Part shown: positions 9,191 to 17,812 of the stretch, piece by piece
Layout of the letters: the number at the start of each line of letters is the position of its first letter
How positions within the stretch are numbered: position 1 is the stretch's first letter
Assembly: GCA_022564295.1 (NCBI GenBank)
Contig: JADFLR010000004.1
Span: forward strand, 11,840-75,839
DNA: 64,000 nt
Direction: 5' to 3'
Origin: Bacteroidota bacterium
Lineage (GTDB): Bacteria; Bacteroidota; Ignavibacteria; Ignavibacteriales; Ignavibacteriaceae
Translations under genes and position numbers: made by a program
Notes under the pieces: model-generated
Database searches by the model: none
Told to the model about the DNA's origin: nothing
What the model saw: the letters and a program-made list of their open reading frames with translations, nothing else

Positions 9191-9982
9191 ATGAACACTT
9201 CACCAGAAAAAACAGCAGCTACAATTGATAAGGACGAATTAGAACGAAAGGTTAAGGATATGTATCGTGAGGTAGCATTAAATCCCAAAGGAGAATTTCA
9301 TTTTGAAATGGGTCGCGATCTTGCTGCAAGATTAGGTTATCTGCCAGAAGACCTTGATCGTATACCGAATGAATCGATTGAATCATTTGCAGGTGTGGGT
9401 TACTACTTCCATCTAGCAGATTTGAAAGAAGGTGAAAGGGTCATTGATTTTGGCAGCGGTGCGGGAATGGATACTTTTATTGCCGCACTAAAAGTTGGTG
9501 AAATTGGTGAAGTTGTTGGTATTGATATGACTGAAGAACAGCTTTCTAAAGCTGAAGATCTGAGAAAAAGGGCAGGGATAAATAATATTAAATATCTTAA
9601 AGGCTACCTGGTTGATGTTCCAGTTGAAGACGGAAGTTTTGATGTAGTTATTAGCAATGGTGTTGTAAATCTTGCTCCTGACAAAGGCAAAGTGTTTGAA
9701 GAAATTGCAAGAGTGTTGAAACCGGGTGGTCGCATGACAATATCAGATATTGTAACAGAAACACAACTTTCGGAATCAATTACATGCAATACAAATTTGT
9801 GGGCTGCTTGTATTGGTGGAGCGATGCAGGTGGATAATTACAGGACTGTAATTGAAAAATCAGGAATGCGTGTAGAAAAAGTAGAAGATAATTCACAATA
9901 TCAATTCATCTCCAAGAATGCACAGGGTGCAAGTAAAGAATATGGCGTAAAGAGTATTTCGTTGCTTGCAGTGAAGCAATGA
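9191..9982 (+). CDS. class I SAM-dependent methyltransferase, ArsM/UbiE-like
   Basis: 263 aa with RBS AGGAG. SAM motif I is VIDFGSGAGMD, followed by EVVGIDMTEEQL and VVISNGVVNL. The N-terminal region resembles arsenite methyltransferases, but substrate is not assignable. Confidence 0.65.
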   Translation: MNTSPEKTAATIDKDELERKVKDMYREVALNPKGEFHFEMGRDLAARLGYLPEDLDRIPNESIESFAGVGYYFHLADLKEGERVIDFGSGAGMDTFIAALKVGEIGEVVGIDMTEEQLSKAEDLRKRAGINNIKYLKGYLVDVPVEDGSFDVVISNGVVNLAPDKGKVFEEIARVLKPGGRMTISDIVTETQLSESITCNTNLWAACIGGAMQVDNYRTVIEKSGMRVEKVEDNSQYQFISKNAQGASKEYGVKSISLLAVKQ

Positions 9983-10647
9983 ACAAAAATTTTAATTGGC
10001 ATTAGTAATAAATAATAGAATCGAAGATTGACAGGTATTTTTATTGTGGTCTCAACTTAGTTTTCTAATTTGAAGCGAGAGTAATTCCAAATTATTAATA
10101 TTTCACTCACTCTTACTAGGAGTAATTATTTAAACTCGATGAACCTTCTTTGGGGTTTGCAACAAATCTAATAAATAATTTTTTTCCAAAAAATTTGCGG
10201 AACAAATAATAAATGAAATTTTATAAATTGCTAAAAATATATTTGCCCGGAGCAGGTAGATGTAGCATTTGGTGGGACATTGAAGGAATTGAGGGGGAAT
10301 AGGGAGAAACTGAAGGAATAATTTTTTTACTAGAACGACCATATTTTACAACCTTCAAACGCCATATGAGTTTCCGGGTTGAAGATTGGACGCACTGCAT
10401 AATTATTCTCTACTTTAGTGTCGGACTCTCCGCTCAATAATAAATTGCAATGACCTTCAATTTGCACGGGAGTACTAGATGGAACATATGTTACTTGTAT
10501 ATACTTTCTTCTTTACATTTTCACTTAAACCAATTGTCCCACTTATAAATTTTAGCACATTCATTAGAGCAGAATCTGCAATTATAGAGTTGCCCTGTAA
10601 ACCGTTAATAAAATTGTATTATCCTAACTTTTAAGTGATGATATTCC

Positions 10648-11751
10648 TTACCTAAGCAAAATCATCTTCCGTACTTTATTAAAACCACTGGATTCCAATC
10701 GATAAAAATATATTCCCGATGGCAGAAAATTTGCATCAAAAGTTACTTTGTACGAGCCCGCTGGTAGTTCTTCGTCCACTAATCTAAAAACTTCCTTGCC
10801 AAGTAAATCATATATTTTCAATACTGTTTGTCCTGATTCCTTCAATTCGAACCGAATAGTAGTTGTTGGGTTAAATGGGTTTGGATAATTTTGATAAAGA
10901 TTGAATTCTTCTGGGATGCCTGCAGTTTCATCGACTAATTCAACGCTAGTAATAGTTGTGGCAAGGTTTACTTGCCCACGGATTTCACCACCTGGATTTG
11001 CGGCATTATGAATGTTGAAGTAGATGTTGCCAGCTAGCAGTTCGGCAATCAATGCAGGTGTCAACGGTTCCGCATCAGTGCTTGTCCAGAGTCCAGAGGC
11101 AGTATTGCCTACAAAGTCATCTGTAATAGTACGAACAACCCCACCGTTAACTCCAACAGCCCCATTGTGGAAATGCGCCGCAGTAAAGGTCAATCCCTCT
11201 ACAGTTACACTGAATTCTAATCCTGCATCAGTAAGAGTGAGAGAGCTAGTTCCCATAGCGTTTGTAATGACAGGGGGATTTTCTTGATCTCCATCTAAGT
11301 TTGAATTAAAGCCTGTTCCTGCACTGAGGTTGACTTGCCCTCGTAATTCGCCGCCGGGATTTGCTGTAGTGTGGATGTTAAGATAGAGGTTGCCAGCTAG
11401 CAGATCGGCAATCAATTCAGGTGTTAATGGATCGGGATCAGTGCTTGTCCATATTCCGGAGGCAGTATTGCCTGTAAAATCATCTGTAATGGGACGAACA
11501 ACCCCACCGTCGACACCGATAGCCCCATTGTGGAAATGTGCAGCAGTGAAAGTCAATCCCTCCACAGTTACACTGAATTCTAATCCTGCATCAGAAAGCT
11601 TGAAAACACCAGTTCCTGTAGCACTTGTTGTAACACCCGGGTTTTCTTGGTCACCGGTTAATGTGGCTGTGAAGTGAGTTTGAGAAAAGATTGCAGAAGA
11701 AAATAGAAAAACAATCAACCATAGATCAACAAAAAATATCAATTTTTTCAT
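10648..11751 (-). CDS. tandem CHRD-domain protein with T9SS C-terminal sorting domain
   Basis: It has a signal peptide and two CHRD units each with GDQENP...AAHFHNG..GV.GGVV...NIH...NPGGE.RGQV. The C-terminal YQNYPNPFNPTTTIRF...GIYFYRLESSGFNKVRKMILLR is a Por/T9SS CTD. Confidence 0.85.
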   Translation of the reverse strand: MKKLIFFVDLWLIVFLFSSAIFSQTHFTATLTGDQENPGVTTSATGTGVFKLSDAGLEFSVTVEGLTFTAAHFHNGAIGVDGGVVRPITDDFTGNTASGIWTSTDPDPLTPELIADLLAGNLYLNIHTTANPGGELRGQVNLSAGTGFNSNLDGDQENPPVITNAMGTSSLTLTDAGLEFSVTVEGLTFTAAHFHNGAVGVNGGVVRTITDDFVGNTASGLWTSTDAEPLTPALIAELLAGNIYFNIHNAANPGGEIRGQVNLATTITSVELVDETAGIPEEFNLYQNYPNPFNPTTTIRFELKESGQTVLKIYDLLGKEVFRLVDEELPAGSYKVTFDANFLPSGIYFYRLESSGFNKVRKMILLR

Positions 11752-12537
11752 TTTTTGCCCTCCTTATTTATAATGAAATTTTCCTTATTATTTAAAGGAT
11801 TTTATTTTTCGATATATCTTATGAAAGTTTCAGAAAATTTTAATTATTACAGGTGTAAATGTTTTAAATATCTAATACCTTCGCTATTAAATCACCGTAA
11901 TATTCGAATTCGCCTCTACCAATAATGTTCCTTTACAAGTGAATTCCTGATAATTTATATACATTAGGTATTATATAATCAATTAAAATGAAAGTTCAAA
12001 TGCTTAAATTAATTCAGAAATGATAATCCGCTTTTGACACTACTGTCCAAAATAAATATGAAATTTGAATTGTGTTTTAAATTCGTATAGGATTAAATGT
12101 TGATGTTATTTTAAGAACAATAAAATTTTTCTTGACTTTAAATAATTATTGTTGGAAGTTAGTACAGAATTGTTTTCTATGTACTTTGGGGGGGTAAAGT
12201 GAATAATTTTTAACCGAACATTTTCCTTCTTTTTTTTATTCATACCCCCGGGATGCGGAACGAGTATTGATAATACTTGAAGTCTAAACTATCGTTTTAG
12301 ATTGATAGCTCTTTACAATTAGTTAGCATCAGTAAGGTGGATTATCAAACTTATTGAGATTGCGAATAACAATCAAATTTAAAGCAATTTAGTCTTTCAT
12401 AAGTGAATATTTGACTAAATCGATAATACTACTTTGATGTGAGTTGGCATTTACAGACCTTAACTTTTAATATGAAAGGTCATGTCATTTAGTAATGACA
12501 TTAAGATTATAATAATAAACTGAAATAGGTACACAAA

Positions 12538-13374
12538 ATGGCTGAACAGAAACGCGAATCTATTGTAAGATGGGCGCAAGTTGAAGCTACACTTTTTCTT
12601 GGTGTAGTTGGTTTAGTTTTCACTTATGTAATAAACCTACAGCAAGCGAAGAATAGAAGTAATCAAATGGCATTACAGATTATGAGCCAGCGCGAACAAT
12701 CTGAGATTGACTTCAGACAAAAAATGTTCGGAGTATTAATCAATGAATTTCTAAACTCAAAAATTGATGTGCGTGACCGAGTCATAAGATTGAAGCTCTT
12801 CCAGCAGAACTTTCATGGCATATTCAATGCAAGAGCACTATTTGACGTTCTGGAAAAAGAAGCCAGTTATATGCCTACACCACAAAGAGATGACGTCATT
12901 TATGATCTCGTTTCAATTGCAAAAGAAGTCACAGTGACGCAGGAGTTATTAGTTGGTTCAAAATCGAAAATCTTTACGATGAAAGAGGGAGATATCTTCT
13001 TTGTGAATTTGAATAAATTAGAGAAAGGCAACCATGAAAATGGTGAAAATCATACAAATAGAAATGAGAAAGGACATGTTATTGCTATAAAATTGATAAA
13101 GGTAAAAGAAATTGCTATCGAAATCGAAGTCATCATTGATAATGATAAAGCGAGAATGCTGGAATATAAGGTTTCCTTTTTTGATGCGCCGTTAACGGAT
13201 AATACTTTACTTCCTGACAAACACCGCTTCGCTGTCACTTTAAAAGAGACAAATATGGAGGCTCATCCACGCGAGGCAACTCTTAGCGTGTTTGAATTTC
13301 CAGCAGACTATATTACTACCGGTTACAGACCTTCAATAAGAGAAACAAATAAAATGTTTAAAAATATTCAATAA
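12538..13374 (+). CDS. hypothetical protein with one N-terminal TM helix
   Basis: 278-aa ORF with the TM segment ATLFLGVVGLVFTYVINL. I recognise no motif. It is the first gene of a co-directional run from 12538 to 15893. Confidence 0.55.
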   Translation: MAEQKRESIVRWAQVEATLFLGVVGLVFTYVINLQQAKNRSNQMALQIMSQREQSEIDFRQKMFGVLINEFLNSKIDVRDRVIRLKLFQQNFHGIFNARALFDVLEKEASYMPTPQRDDVIYDLVSIAKEVTVTQELLVGSKSKIFTMKEGDIFFVNLNKLEKGNHENGENHTNRNEKGHVIAIKLIKVKEIAIEIEVIIDNDKARMLEYKVSFFDAPLTDNTLLPDKHRFAVTLKETNMEAHPREATLSVFEFPADYITTGYRPSIRETNKMFKNIQ

Positions 13375-13470
13375 ATAATTTCCTCAATAGATTGTTTGAG
13401 CAATGAATTATTTCTATAAGCGATCTAACAAAGGTTATTGAGTTGACGGCGGGCTCCGATTCTGCTGATA

Positions 13471-13659
13471 GTGCTAGCTCTTGCATTCTTCATAGCACTT
13501 CAAGAAAATATTTTAAGTAAAATAACGTCAATTCTGCCAGTACTTATTGCTGCATTAGGATTAATCACAAAAGTTTCAGGAATATTTTCCAAAAGCGATG
13601 TGTTAACACCTAGAATAGTATTTGACTGTATTAGCAATTACAATTTATTAACTTTTTAA
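13471..13659 (+). CDS. small hydrophobic protein (holin-like position), GTG start
   Basis: 62-aa ORF with two hydrophobic stretches (LALAFFIAL, ITSILPVLIAALGLITKV). It ends 13 nt before the amidase start. The call is positional only. Confidence 0.3.
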   Translation: MLALAFFIALQENILSKITSILPVLIAALGLITKVSGIFSKSDVLTPRIVFDCISNYNLLTF

Positions 13660-13672
13660 AAGGAGGCGTGAG

Positions 13673-14632
13673 ATGTCGCTTATCTTGAGTAAAAATTTGA
13701 CATTACCGGATGATCAATACTTTCACAATGGAAGTAAAAAAACCGGCATAGTGCTTCACCATACTGTTGGAGGAACTGCATCCTCAACATTAAATTGGTG
13801 GAAAACAGACGGACAGATGGTTGGAACAGCTTACCTGATTGGGAGGGATGGTACAGTTTACGAGGTATTCGACCCGAAAGGATGGGCATGGCAGTTTGGC
13901 TTAAAATGGCGAAGAGACGAAAAAATAAAGTTTGAAAAACGATTTATTGGTATAGAAATAGCAAGCGAGGGCGGATTAATCGAATCTGGGGGAAGCCTGT
14001 ATTGCTTCGATCGTATAAGCGATAAAACCAGGAAAAACAAAAGTGAGGCTTTTGATTACGGGAAAGACTACCGTGGTTACAGGTACTTTGATAAATACGA
14101 GACTGCACAGATCGATTCTGTAATCGAATTGGTAAACCAATTGTGTGAGACTTTTAATATTCCTAAAAATCTGCCGAAAAATTACTTAGAGTACTACGAG
14201 AAAAAACTAATTGACTTTGAGGGTATTATAGGTCACACTATGGTAAGATCAGATAAAAGCGATCCGGCTCCGGATAATAATTTTTGGCAAAGAATAATAA
14301 CTGAATGCAGTTTAACACAATTGGAAATAAACGACAAGGAAGAAAGCGAGGTAATTAAAATTAATGAAGAAGATATTAATAAGTTATTTGAACACAATAT
14401 GAAAGAATTAAATAAAATGCATGTGCCTGCAGGAAGTATGATTAAAGGGTTGATTATGGAATTGGCAAGAGATGAAAGGAACACGTTTATAAAATTGAGA
14501 AGTGCAGAAAGCGGTGGTCACATTGTTCACTATGATTTTGTTCAGGGCGATCCTGGCCTGGTGTACAGGATTGGGTTAGCGCTGGGTTTAAAACAGGTAA
14601 CGGAAGATAAACTGGAGGTGAGAAATGCTTAA
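13673..14632 (+). CDS. N-acetylmuramoyl-L-alanine amidase (Amidase_2/PGRP fold) with unknown C-terminal domain of about 110 aa
   Basis: Strong RBS AGGAGG. Motifs are GIVLHHTVGG, IGIEIASEG and IIGHTMVRSDKSDPAPD (the Zn-ligand pattern of Amidase_2). There is no signal peptide. Confidence 0.8.
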   Translation: MSLILSKNLTLPDDQYFHNGSKKTGIVLHHTVGGTASSTLNWWKTDGQMVGTAYLIGRDGTVYEVFDPKGWAWQFGLKWRRDEKIKFEKRFIGIEIASEGGLIESGGSLYCFDRISDKTRKNKSEAFDYGKDYRGYRYFDKYETAQIDSVIELVNQLCETFNIPKNLPKNYLEYYEKKLIDFEGIIGHTMVRSDKSDPAPDNNFWQRIITECSLTQLEINDKEESEVIKINEEDINKLFEHNMKELNKMHVPAGSMIKGLIMELARDERNTFIKLRSAESGGHIVHYDFVQGDPGLVYRIGLALGLKQVTEDKLEVRNA

Positions 14633-15353
14633 GAACGCTCTGCCCTGGATATTATTAGCCGTGGTTTTAGTAGTTATTGCATATCTTCTTGGAAGCAATG
14701 CCAACAGGGAAGAAATAGCACGTGTTGAAGCACAAAGGCAGGATATGAAATCTCAAAGGGATTCGATAAAGGCATTTGTGGCGCTCAAAGATACGATGCA
14801 GCAAATTCTTCAAAATAGAATTACAGAATTAGAGACAGATGCAGATAATTTGAGGGAACAGGTTAGAATATTAGAAACGGTTAGAAAAAAAGAACAGCTG
14901 GGAGTAAGAATGCTGAAAACACCCGATGATCTAAAAAATAAATTTGCATCAACGTTTCCTGAGTTACCGGAAGAAAAAATAAAGATCTTTGAAGAATATG
15001 TTAGTGAGGTAGATATTTCTTTGCAATATTTCGGTGTTCCCCTTTGGTTTAGTGAAACTTTCATTATTGATCATAACAATTCAATTAATTATGAAAAACA
15101 AAATATTAAATTGGCTTCGTTGGATACGTTAAATCTTAGAGTTATTTCCCTTCAAGATAAAGTTCTGGTATTGGAAAAAGAAAAATCGGAAGCCTATAGG
15201 ATTGGTTATGACAGCGCTTATGTTCATTATATGGAGATTAGTAAGCTATATATGAATGAATTAGAGAAACCGAGATTCGATTTGCCGCATTGGGGTGCAA
15301 TTATTGGCGGTACTGCTGTCGGGATATTAATTGGGACACAATTGAATAAATGA
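14625..15353 (+). CDS. coiled-coil protein with N- and C-terminal TM helices (spanin-like topology)
   Basis: Its ATG overlaps the amidase stop (ATGCTTAAG). The N-terminal TM is LPWILLAVVLVVIAYLLG and the C-terminal TM is WGAIIGGTAVGILIGTQL. The centre is long, heptad-rich and charged. Confidence 0.6.
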   Translation: MLKNALPWILLAVVLVVIAYLLGSNANREEIARVEAQRQDMKSQRDSIKAFVALKDTMQQILQNRITELETDADNLREQVRILETVRKKEQLGVRMLKTPDDLKNKFASTFPELPEEKIKIFEEYVSEVDISLQYFGVPLWFSETFIIDHNNSINYEKQNIKLASLDTLNLRVISLQDKVLVLEKEKSEAYRIGYDSAYVHYMEISKLYMNELEKPRFDLPHWGAIIGGTAVGILIGTQLNK

Positions 15354-15419
15354 AAATAGAACTATCTGTAATACACTGCTGGTTAATTAACAATAGGTAA
15401 TTTTTTAGGAGATAAGAAA

Positions 15420-15893
15420 ATGCTTGAACTTCCAAAACTTCGTCCTATTCCTATAAGAACTAAAAATGTTCCGCCTATAATTGCTCTATGGCGTTGGATA
15501 ACTTCAATTCGCAATTGGGAGGTTCTTGAAGATTGGAGCTATGTCTTGCCGGATGATACTAAAATATATATTCCAGAGGGATTTGTATTCGATGGAGCTT
15601 CTATCCCAAGAATCTTTTGGGCTATTCTCTCTCCGGTGGGTCTGCTTCTCACGCCCGGATTAGTTCATGACTATGCTTACCAGCACGACAAGTTATTAAG
15701 TCTTGATTCTGAAGGTAACAGAACCATTTACAAAAATAAGGCTGGGAGAGGTTACTGGGACCGGCTTTTTCGAGACGTTGCGATAGAAGTAAATGGATTT
15801 AAAATAATAAACAATATTGCATGGATAGCATTAGTTTTGTTTGGCTGGATAGACTGGAATGTTAAGAGAAGGGACGAAGTAGAAATTAGTTAA
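15420..15893 (+). CDS. DUF1353-like protein
   Basis: 157 aa. IPEGFVFDGASIPRIFW...GLVHDYAY matches my memory of the DUF1353 signature (DGAS.P...w ... HD.ly). It has a C-terminal TM segment, IAWIALVLFGWI. Confidence 0.6.
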   Translation: MLELPKLRPIPIRTKNVPPIIALWRWITSIRNWEVLEDWSYVLPDDTKIYIPEGFVFDGASIPRIFWAILSPVGLLLTPGLVHDYAYQHDKLLSLDSEGNRTIYKNKAGRGYWDRLFRDVAIEVNGFKIINNIAWIALVLFGWIDWNVKRRDEVEIS

Positions 15894-15964
15894 ATAGATA
15901 TTATAGTTTATTTAGAAATTTCTTTTTAATACATTCGAAAGCAAGAAATTAGTTTCATAGTTAA

Positions 15965-16237
15965 TTTCCCGATCTTGGTTTTCCAAGTATTTACGATGCA
16001 ATTGAGCAGATACATCAAGTAACTGGAAGTTATGATAATATTGCATTAGGTTCCGACTTTAATGGATTTACTGATCCGCCTGATGACTTAAAAGATTGTT
16101 CGATATTTCCTGATCTCGTAAAATTTTTTCTGGACAAGGATATAACGAATGCAGACCTTAAAAATATTACTTCAGGAAATATACTGAGAGTTTTAGAAGA
16201 AGGTTGGGGGAAGATAGAGAGGATATATTTCGGTTAA
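15965..16237 (+). pseudogene. 3-prime remnant of a membrane dipeptidase (peptidase M19) gene
   Basis: Own translation gives FPDLGFPSIYDAIEQIHQVTGSYDNIALGSDFNGFTDPPDDLKDCSIFPDLVKFFLDKDITNADLKNITSGNILRVLEEGWGKIERIYFG-stop. The GSDF.G and gNilRvl motifs are the M19 C-terminus. A stop lies directly upstream and there is no start codon. Confidence 0.7.
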
Positions 16238-16300
16238 TTAAAATTTAAGAGTGACTGAATCTGTATTAAAATAATAATCTTATAAAAAAGAGTTAATATA

Positions 16301-17692
16301 ATGTTAGTAATAATTAGTGATCTTCATCTAACTGATGAATCGACCGCAAATAATGTGAAAAGAGAGGTCTTCAAAGAAATTCTGAAAAGCAGAATAATGA
16401 ATAATGCCGATGATAATAAAGCGAAAGAGTTACGGATTGTCTTACTCGGAGATATACTGGATCTTGTTAGGACTGATTATTGGTTAAGAAAGAAAATAAC
16501 AATGGAAAATAGACCATGGGGAGGTAAGCTCGATCCAGAAACAGCAATGAATAATGATTTTAATAAAATAGAAACTCAGTTTAATGAAATACTAGATGAT
16601 GTACTAAATACTAAATCCTGTCGGGCATTGATGAAAATGTTGAATGATATCGCAGAAGATACAGGTATATATACAAAGGTCTCTTACGTGGTTGGAAATC
16701 ATGATAGAGTTCTTTGGAATTTTAATTCTCTTCAGGATAAAATCAGAATGCGGTTGAAGAAAGTAACACAAAATAATGCTAATCCTGATAGAGTAGAATT
16801 TCTTCAAGGTTTGTATGCACCTGAGTATGGTGTAAAAGCCAGACATGGTCATGAATGGGATGAGATATGCCACGGCTGGGAATTTTATAATGAGGTACTT
16901 AATGAGGATAATCCTATAAAACGTTTTGATCCAAAAGTATATAAAGTAATGGCAATAGGAGAGGTGGCTACAGCTGAGCTGATGGCAGGGCTTATTCACC
17001 GGATTAAGAACAACAATGTTTGTAAGAATGATAAAGAGTTTATAAATAGAATAAAAGATCTGAACAATATAAGACCAATGATGGATGTATTCCGCTGGCT
17101 CGATTGGTATATGAAAAAAAATATCTCTGAGAAATATAAAAATGCTATATACTCTGCATTAAAAGAATCAATTAAGTCATTGTTATCTTCTTCCCTTGCA
17201 AAGAAATGGGATGATATGACTATCGATACAATTATCACAGGAGATTTGGTTGATAGATTGCAATTATTAGATAAAGTGCTGGCAGGTTCAGACTATGAGA
17301 GTATTAAGAGTGCTATGCTTAAACTGTTGCCCGTAATAGATATCTTTAAGGGCTCGGGTGATGCATTTTCAGAAGGAGCTGAAAAAGAATGGGACTGGAT
17401 GAATGAGAATGATCTGAAAGATATTCAGTATATAGTTAACGGGCATACTCACGTGCCTAAACACGAATATTTTACCGGGAATGTTAACGGCAAAGTGAGA
17501 ATGTATATCAATACCGGTACATACTTACCTTTGATTCAAAGAACCAAAAACAGGAAGGGATTTGCTGACGCTTATCAAATGACGATGGCTTTCTTCTATA
17601 GAAAAGATGAAGACAGATCGGGAAGAGGCCGCAATCCTGAAGAACCGACTATGGACCTTTGGAATGGTATAAAAAGAAAAAAATATGTATAA
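16301..17692 (+). CDS. calcineurin-like metallophosphoesterase, LpxH-like motif set, enlarged (463 aa)
   Basis: All five MPE motifs occur in order: SDLHLTD, LLGDILDL, VVGNHD, RHGHEWD and NGHTHVP. There are large insertions between motifs and no signal peptide or TM segment. Confidence 0.8.
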   Translation: MLVIISDLHLTDESTANNVKREVFKEILKSRIMNNADDNKAKELRIVLLGDILDLVRTDYWLRKKITMENRPWGGKLDPETAMNNDFNKIETQFNEILDDVLNTKSCRALMKMLNDIAEDTGIYTKVSYVVGNHDRVLWNFNSLQDKIRMRLKKVTQNNANPDRVEFLQGLYAPEYGVKARHGHEWDEICHGWEFYNEVLNEDNPIKRFDPKVYKVMAIGEVATAELMAGLIHRIKNNNVCKNDKEFINRIKDLNNIRPMMDVFRWLDWYMKKNISEKYKNAIYSALKESIKSLLSSSLAKKWDDMTIDTIITGDLVDRLQLLDKVLAGSDYESIKSAMLKLLPVIDIFKGSGDAFSEGAEKEWDWMNENDLKDIQYIVNGHTHVPKHEYFTGNVNGKVRMYINTGTYLPLIQRTKNRKGFADAYQMTMAFFYRKDEDRSGRGRNPEEPTMDLWNGIKRKKYV

Positions 17693-17812
17693 ATCAAAAG
17701 AGTTTTATCATTTAAAAATCCTTTTCCAAATGGAGTTGGCTTCTGATTTTAATGGCATTGATACTCAAATGTTACTCTCATCTGAACAATCATTTAAAGA
17801 AGGAGGGAAATT

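Noticed and set aside
10130-10342. 70-aa minus-strand ORF in the spacer after the methyltransferase gene.
   Set aside because: The sequence is low-complexity and Leu/Phe/Ile-rich, typical of AT-rich non-coding DNA. It has no RBS and no recognisable motif.
10330-10507. Open frame without a start codon (..YIQVTYVPSSTPVQIEGHCNLLLSGESDTKVENNYAVRPIFNPETHMAFEGCKIWSF) that looks coding-like.
   Set aside because: It may be another gene remnant, but I cannot tie it to any family and there is no start codon. The evidence is too weak to call.
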